A stretch of 32,000 bases of DNA, from NCBI GenBank assembly GCA_028279805.1, contig JANQMZ010000007.1, positions 150,001 to 182,000 on the forward strand, written 5' to 3'. Shown here in pieces: positions 26,244-32,000 of this stretch. This stretch comes from an archaeon. GTDB lineage: Archaea > Iainarchaeota > Iainarchaeia > Iainarchaeales > JANQMZ01. A model generated the notes under the pieces. The model did no database searches. It was not told where the DNA came from and was given only the letters and a program-made list of their open reading frames with translations. A program made the position numbers and the translations under genes. Each line of letters opens with the position of its first letter. Within the stretch, counting starts at the first letter, position 1.

Positions 26244-29200
26244 AAAAGCATTATGTATTTTTTTTTCTTGCACTAATTTTTTCCTTTGCTTTAGTTGGAT
26301 CTGACATAAATAATTCAGAAAATAACACTTACAAGCTTCAAGAAAGAAGCTATTTGACAATGCTTTCACCTAGCAATGAAATGGAAATGCATCCCGACCC
26401 TTCCTTCGAAATAAAATTATTAAATGGATTTTTTATCCCTAAAGCTGGTGTTGGGATAGATATAACCAATATTGAAAAAGAAAATACTGGAGAAGAAATT
26501 TATGCTTTGGTTCAATTTCAAAGAGGCTTGATTGATTCTGATGCCCATGATTTTCTTGAGAATCAAAATTCTTTAGAATTGGGCCGTGTTCCTGACAATA
26601 CCTATGTTATCAAAATCCCAATCAACAATCTGAAAAATTTTTTTGAAAGTTATCTGATTAGATGGATCAATATTCTTCAACCAGAACAGAAAATCCATCC
26701 GAATATAGCTGAACAAGATGAATCCTTGGAAGTTTTGGTCACAGCATTTGAAAACATGACTCAAGATCAAATAGAAAAAATTTCTGTTTTGTCAGAAGAA
26801 GTGATTTTTGATGGAAAAGACTCTGAATCAATTCTTGTGAAAGCCACTTATTCAAATATTTTTAAAATTGCCAAGTTGAACTTTATTCAATGGATTTCAC
26901 CTAGAGGAACAGGTAAAACATCTCTAGACAACAGTGCAAGAGTTATCTCAGTTCCTTATGTCTGGTCTCAGGGAAATACTGCTTCCGATGTCACTGTTGG
27001 GATAATAGATTCTGGACTTGATTTTGATCATCCACACTTTTTTAATCCAACTATTCCAATCTACAAATCTAAGGATTGGGTTGATGGGGGAATGAATCCA
27101 GAGGATGAACAGGTGCATGGTACCCTTATGGCTGGAACTATTTCTGGATCTGGTAGTAGTTCTTCAAGCTCAAGATATTATAAAGGCATTTCAAATAGAG
27201 CAGCTTTGACAATAGAAAAGGCTTTCGATAGTCATGATGACTGGGTAGCACCACATCCTGCTTTAAATCCTGTTTGGAATTGGATATTGGATCCTAATCA
27301 AAATTTTAGTTTTAATGATAATCAAGATGCAGATATAATAAACAATAGTTGGGCACATTATTTTACTTATGGTGCCTATGAGCAAGCGTCTCAAAAAGTT
27401 GATAAAGTTGTTAGAGGAGAATTATCAAATGGAAAAAAAATTGTAGTTGTTTTTGGTTCAGGAAATGATCATGCAATTTCTAATGGGGCTGGAGTTGAAC
27501 CCCCCGCCACTGCAAAAAATGCTATAACTGTTGGTGCCAGTGCTGATTTCAGATCTTCAACTGAAGAATCTCAATATTCTCAGGATTTTTGTCCGCCTGA
27601 TTCACGCTGTAACTACGACAGTTTGAATGGATATGTAATGGAATATAGTGGAAGGGGCACTCTTGATGGAAGAGTCAAACCAGACATTTTAGCTCCAGGA
27701 TCCACCACTTTTGGTCCAGTAGCTCAAACTACAGTATATGCTTCTGGTGATGGAACAAGTGCTGCTGCTGCGCATGTTTCTGCTGTAGCTGCTCAAATCT
27801 TGCAAGCATATTCAACGGCATCACCTGCCTTGGTGAAGGCTCTTCTTGTCAACAATGCAGTGGGAGCTGGAACAACAGACAACAAGAATTATGATGAAGG
27901 ATGGGGGAGACTAAGCGCATTTGAATCAATTTACTGGTTAACGGATGATTACACCGCCACGTTCAACGAATTTAATCTTGGTGGACCAGGTACAGGATTA
28001 AGCAATGAAGGATATCTCGAAAGATATGTTCCTGCAGATGCAGACAGAATTGTTGTTACAATGGCTTATGATGATGAACCGTCATTTCTTTTGGGTTCTG
28101 TTCCAACTCTTAAAAACAATATTGATTTGTATTTGCAGAAACCCAATGGGTCTCAGTTGTATGTTAACGATGATTCTGTGAATAATGTTGAAAAATATGT
28201 GATTGATGATCCTGATGAAGGGAATTGGAGATTTTATGTAAAATTTGTTAATCCACAATGGTTAAGTACTCAAGATGCGGCGATGAACCTAAAAATTATT
28301 AGGAAAACTCAGCCATCTTCAACAGATATTTTGAGTACTTCTGGTCCAATTAATGTTGATCAAGGAGAAAATTTCAAAATTACTGCGAATGTTCATGCTG
28401 TTGGATTGGTTAACTATGATATGTGGACAAGAATAGATGTTCCAAATGGACTAACCTTGACTTTGCCTGGTTTTTATGACAGTATGGATGGGGATAAAAA
28501 TGTGCTAGGTGATATCCCTGCAGATGTTTTTGTGAATACTGGTGATTGGGTTATAAGAGCTGATGATCCTGGGACTTATAATGTTAGAATTTATGCACAG
28601 GGAAAAAGAAAAGATGGATCAAATATTTTTGAAGTTGATACAACAGTTGTGAATGTAAATCCAACAGAAAAAGACCCTGGAGATTTATGTTCTTCACATT
28701 CTGAGTGTGGAACTGGTTATTGTGAGGGTTCTGCTTCAAATCCTGCAAGATGTTGTGTTGCGGTTCCTCCACAAGATGGTTGGTATGGAGGAGGCAATAC
28801 GAGTACAGCGCAATGTGGTGTTGTTGATAATGATGCTGCATCTATTTACAGGGATTATTATTGTGATGCTTCCGGTTCTGCTCAAATAGAGCCAACAGAT
28901 GCCCAGGATTGTGATTCAAGTGATGGTTGGTATGGTGGTGGAAATACTGCTGGTTGTGGTGATGACCCTTCGTCAATTTGGAGAGATTATTATGTAACAA
29001 CCAATGACAACACTTGCACTTATACTGAATCTTGTAATGGAAACAATTCTTTTGATTGTGATGCCCAGGATGCTTGTGCTCCTTATTGCAGCGGTAATAC
29101 TGCAATTTTTGGAACGGATTATTATGTTGTTGAAAATACCAACACGTGCACTTCAATTGAAGAGAGTGAGGATTGTACTGTAAAAGATTCAACTGATTCT

Positions 29201-31192
29201 GATGGTGGAAACATTCCTTTAACTTTTGGAAGTGTTTTGGATTATGATGCTTGTTCTAATGGTGGCTGTATTGGAACCCAGCATGATGATGTTTGCACAA
29301 CTTCAACTGATTTAACTGAATTTTTTGATCAGGGAACTTCTTTTTCATCTCAGGCTTATTCTTGTAATGATTTTGAAACATTGGCTGTTGATCCGGATGG
29401 GGATGATCCAAGTGTTAATGCTACTTGTATTGGTGGAACAAGTGCAACTTGTTCTGTTGGAAAATTTGATGCAGTTGTTCAGGCAAACGGAACAGACCAA
29501 TGCCAGGGAACTTGTGGTTTGGGTGAAAATTCCTGTTCCTTTGTAGAATTTTATGTGGCAGATTCAGCTGATGCTTGCACCGGTTTGGATTCTTGTGCCC
29601 AAAAAACTTATGATGCTGATACAGCTGAAAACACTTGCAATACTTGTCTGGGTTCAAATCATTGGAATATTGGCGGAGAGGTTTCATCATCCTGTTGTGG
29701 AGATGATGCAAGTGAATACAAGAATACAAGAGTTTGTGTTGTTAATGTTTGTTCTACTGATAATGGTGATGGTGCTTGTTGCCTTTCAAACAATAGTTGT
29801 GTTTACAATAACACTTGTTATGCGGATGGTTTCAGGGGTGATGTTGATTTGGATACAAACCAGGAATTTTGTAATAATGGCATCTGGTCTGAGCCTCCGA
29901 AAGATGTTTGGAAAACTTTTTTGGCTGATTCAGGGAGTGCAAGTGCTGATATTACAGAGGATGTTTTAAGTGTTTTAAGCGGTGCAGGAATTTCTACAAG
30001 CATTGTTGGTGATGTTTTAACTGTTACCAATACTGTGCTGAATGGAGAAGACTTGGATGGAGTTAGTGCTTTGTTTGGCGGAATAGGAATTGACGTTAAT
30101 CCAAACAAAGGCGATGTAACTGTTTCAATTGCTGATGTTGTTGCTTTGCTGTCCGGGAGAAGCGGCGGACAAACCTTAAGCGGGGGAATTAATGCTGGTG
30201 AAAACCTGAATCTGGAAAGCACCAGTGATTCAACAAAAGGCCTGATTAATTTGTTGGATGATGTGAGGGTTGATTGTTCTGGTGATGCAAACGTTGCCGA
30301 TTTGACTGCTTGCGGAACTTTGCGATGGGAATCAGCTCAGAGTGGTTTGATAGTTTCTCCTGTTCTTGAAGGTGCTGGCAAACCGGGAATAATCACTTAT
30401 TTGGATAATGAATTGTATTTGGGAGCAAATTCTGCAACCGGTTTAATCATTAATGAGTTTAATGATGTTATTGTTGGCAGTGCAACTCCTTTAACCGGTT
30501 CAAAGCTTAATGTTATTGATAATTTGTCAAATAAAATTGCTTTAAAATTAGCCAAAGACATTTCAAATGCTGTTGTTCCTGTTGTTCAAATCAGGCAGGA
30601 TAACCCGAATGCCGGTTCAAATGTTTTGAATTTGGTGCAAAATGATTCAGATGAATCCTTTATGAAATTCACTGGTTCAAAAGGAAATGTTTTGTCAATT
30701 GATTCTAATTTGGATAAAAAAATAACTTACATGCTTAAAACGGAAATGGAGTCCGGTGTAAGTGAAAATGTTTTTGTTCCTGTTTTTGTTGATGCTGCTG
30801 ATTCAAAAAATGTTACTGGTTTTAGTAATGCAACCGGAAACTTTTCAACTGTTTCAACTCAATTTGTTGATGTAACCAATCCGGCTGATTTTAATATTAC
30901 TTTGACAAAGAAAAGCACTGTTATTTTGACTGCAATGATTCCTCACACCAATACTGTAACCAATTCCTTTAATCGTTTCAGATGGGTTTTTGGAAATAAT
31001 ACTTCTTCAAGCATGTCTCAAAAAATGCATGGTGCTGTTTATACAACCAGAGTTCCCGGAATTTTTAAAAATGTTGAACCGGGAACTTATAATGTAAAAC
31101 TGCAAATGGAAGTAAGTGCAGGAACGGGAATAATTGGTTACACTCCTGGCAATTCTGTTGCTCAATTGATTGCAGTAAGCTATGAGGAATAA
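26240..31192 (+). CDS. Large secreted subtilisin-like (S8) protease with Cys-rich repeat region and C-terminal shared module
   Basis: 1650 aa; signal peptide; VGIIDSGLDFDHPHF (Asp), EQVHGTLMAGTISG (His), ASGDGTSAAAAHVSAVAAQI (Ser). Confidence 0.93.
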   Translation: MKKHYVFFFLALIFSFALVGSDINNSENNTYKLQERSYLTMLSPSNEMEMHPDPSFEIKLLNGFFIPKAGVGIDITNIEKENTGEEIYALVQFQRGLIDSDAHDFLENQNSLELGRVPDNTYVIKIPINNLKNFFESYLIRWINILQPEQKIHPNIAEQDESLEVLVTAFENMTQDQIEKISVLSEEVIFDGKDSESILVKATYSNIFKIAKLNFIQWISPRGTGKTSLDNSARVISVPYVWSQGNTASDVTVGIIDSGLDFDHPHFFNPTIPIYKSKDWVDGGMNPEDEQVHGTLMAGTISGSGSSSSSSRYYKGISNRAALTIEKAFDSHDDWVAPHPALNPVWNWILDPNQNFSFNDNQDADIINNSWAHYFTYGAYEQASQKVDKVVRGELSNGKKIVVVFGSGNDHAISNGAGVEPPATAKNAITVGASADFRSSTEESQYSQDFCPPDSRCNYDSLNGYVMEYSGRGTLDGRVKPDILAPGSTTFGPVAQTTVYASGDGTSAAAAHVSAVAAQILQAYSTASPALVKALLVNNAVGAGTTDNKNYDEGWGRLSAFESIYWLTDDYTATFNEFNLGGPGTGLSNEGYLERYVPADADRIVVTMAYDDEPSFLLGSVPTLKNNIDLYLQKPNGSQLYVNDDSVNNVEKYVIDDPDEGNWRFYVKFVNPQWLSTQDAAMNLKIIRKTQPSSTDILSTSGPINVDQGENFKITANVHAVGLVNYDMWTRIDVPNGLTLTLPGFYDSMDGDKNVLGDIPADVFVNTGDWVIRADDPGTYNVRIYAQGKRKDGSNIFEVDTTVVNVNPTEKDPGDLCSSHSECGTGYCEGSASNPARCCVAVPPQDGWYGGGNTSTAQCGVVDNDAASIYRDYYCDASGSAQIEPTDAQDCDSSDGWYGGGNTAGCGDDPSSIWRDYYVTTNDNTCTYTESCNGNNSFDCDAQDACAPYCSGNTAIFGTDYYVVENTNTCTSIEESEDCTVKDSTDSDGGNIPLTFGSVLDYDACSNGGCIGTQHDDVCTTSTDLTEFFDQGTSFSSQAYSCNDFETLAVDPDGDDPSVNATCIGGTSATCSVGKFDAVVQANGTDQCQGTCGLGENSCSFVEFYVADSADACTGLDSCAQKTYDADTAENTCNTCLGSNHWNIGGEVSSSCCGDDASEYKNTRVCVVNVCSTDNGDGACCLSNNSCVYNNTCYADGFRGDVDLDTNQEFCNNGIWSEPPKDVWKTFLADSGSASADITEDVLSVLSGAGISTSIVGDVLTVTNTVLNGEDLDGVSALFGGIGIDVNPNKGDVTVSIADVVALLSGRSGGQTLSGGINAGENLNLESTSDSTKGLINLLDDVRVDCSGDANVADLTACGTLRWESAQSGLIVSPVLEGAGKPGIITYLDNELYLGANSATGLIINEFNDVIVGSATPLTGSKLNVIDNLSNKIALKLAKDISNAVVPVVQIRQDNPNAGSNVLNLVQNDSDESFMKFTGSKGNVLSIDSNLDKKITYMLKTEMESGVSENVFVPVFVDAADSKNVTGFSNATGNFSTVSTQFVDVTNPADFNITLTKKSTVILTAMIPHTNTVTNSFNRFRWVFGNNTSSSMSQKMHGAVYTTRVPGIFKNVEPGTYNVKLQMEVSAGTGIIGYTPGNSVAQLIAVSYEE
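28775..29650 (+). repeat. Cys-rich degenerate protein repeats inside the protease gene
   Basis: DGWYGGGNTSTAQC...YRDYYCDASGSAQI and DGWYGGGNTAGCG...WRDYYVTTNDNTCTY are 147 bp apart (28775 and 28922), followed by weaker FGTDYYVVENTNTC and EFYVADSADAC units. Confidence 0.7.
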
Positions 31193-31258
31193 TAAACTTG
31201 TTTGGTTTTAACCGAACAAAATACTATTATTTAAAAACTTCAAAAACAGGGTTTTAGT

Positions 31259-31693
31259 ATGAAGAGAGTTTTGTTAATCTTAGGTTTGATTATTTTAGTT
31301 GGCTTTGTTTATGGAGCAGAAATGATTCGAGATACTGGAGAAAACGATTTGAGTCCTTATTACCGTGTTTCCGGAAGCCCTTATCTTCGCCTTCCAGAAA
31401 GCATGAAAAACTGGCCTGCTGTTTCATTACCTGAACTTGAAGAGCTTCCAGAAGAAAGTGATCCTGGAGAAGTTGTTGAATACAATGCGCTAACTAAAAA
31501 AGTTGTTAGATATCCTATAAAAGAAAATTTGTCAAATAATAATTCTAATTCCTCTTCATATCTTGGTTTGTTGTCTTTAGCTTTTCGGGAGAATCAACAA
31601 CTAATCGCTTCTGAAATTTTGTTTTCGTCATTTGTTTTTGCTGGTACTTTGGGTGTGGTAATATTTTTTGGAAAAAGTTTTTGGTTGCTTTAG
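31259..31693 (+). CDS. Small secreted/membrane protein of unknown function
   Basis: Signal peptide MKRVLLILGLIILVGFVYG; hydrophobic C-terminal segment. Confidence 0.55.
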   Translation: MKRVLLILGLIILVGFVYGAEMIRDTGENDLSPYYRVSGSPYLRLPESMKNWPAVSLPELEELPEESDPGEVVEYNALTKKVVRYPIKENLSNNNSNSSSYLGLLSLAFRENQQLIASEILFSSFVFAGTLGVVIFFGKSFWLL

Positions 31694-31845
31694 GTTTCTG
31701 GCTTGTTTTGTTTTTTTCTTGGCATTAATATTTTTTGAAAGCATTGGTCACTACATAATATCTTTATAAAATTGACTGAATTCTTTAACAATAACCTTAA
31801 CTGAATGTTTTTCTTTAACACTTCTGAGTGATTTTTTTTATAAAG

Positions 31846-32000
31846 TTATTCAACCCTTAATGCTTCAACTGGGTCCATTTTTGAAGCCATGTAAGCTGGG
31901 TATAATCCTGCGAATAATCCGATTGAAACTGAAAACAAGAATACTTGGATTAATAATATTTCTGAAATGAAAACTTTTAAGCCGGATAAAAAAGAAATGT
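31846..32000 (-). CDS. C-terminus of an FtsX/MacB-type ABC transporter permease (5' part beyond the window)
   Basis: Minus-strand translation ends SIGLFAGLYPAYMASKMDPVEALRVE*, a typical permease C-terminus. Not in the supplied ORF track because it is partial. Confidence 0.9.
   Translation of the reverse strand, partial: ISFLSGLKVFISEILLIQVFLFSVSIGLFAGLYPAYMASKMDPVEALRVE

Noticed and set aside
28584-30222. Multiple overlapping plus- and minus-strand ORFs inside the S8 protease gene
   Set aside because: The main frame is continuous over 1650 codons with catalytic motifs and homology to the shared module. The others look like shadow frames with no supporting motifs.
24153-31192. Prophage interpretation based on tail-fibre-like patterns
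   Set aside because: No capsid, terminase, portal, integrase or other phage genes are present. The proteins carry signal peptides and sit with secreted/membrane genes.

Overview
AT-rich window that looks archaeal, probably DPANN-like (archaeal-type TyrRS, RibL-like cytidylyltransferase, TATA-type promoters, split PurS/PurL/PurQ; the lineage is inferred). Housekeeping genes fill about 0.4-12.6 kb: purS-purL-purQ, purA, guaB, tyrS, a DUF4430 lipoprotein with an ECF S component, a retropepsin-like protease and two RimK-like ATP-grasp genes. The accessory region (13.3-31.7 kb) holds: (1) a compact wHTH / V4R / KaiC-like ATPase / V4R / HD cluster; (2) a divergent cis-prenyltransferase; (3) five consecutive full-length but divergent paralogs of a winged-helix regulator with an uncharacterised C-terminal domain; (4) a GC-rich, multi-hairpin candidate ncRNA on the minus strand just after the array; (5) DsbA-like and glutaredoxin genes with a small Cys-codon leader ORF running into a terminator; (6) two large secreted proteins (DUF2341/LamG-like and subtilisin/Cys-rich) that share a C-terminal module of about 430 aa. 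The strongest new observation is a three-half-site operator (AATCAACT-N3-TGGTTGAT-N6-TCAACCAAA) placed in identical register next to a TATA-like element upstream of both the candidate ncRNA (minus strand) and the LamG-like surface protein gene. A related perfect dyad lies in front of the regulator array. This suggests a previously undescribed regulon linking the paralogous regulators, the ncRNA and a surface protein. No CRISPR array, rRNA or tRNA was recognised.
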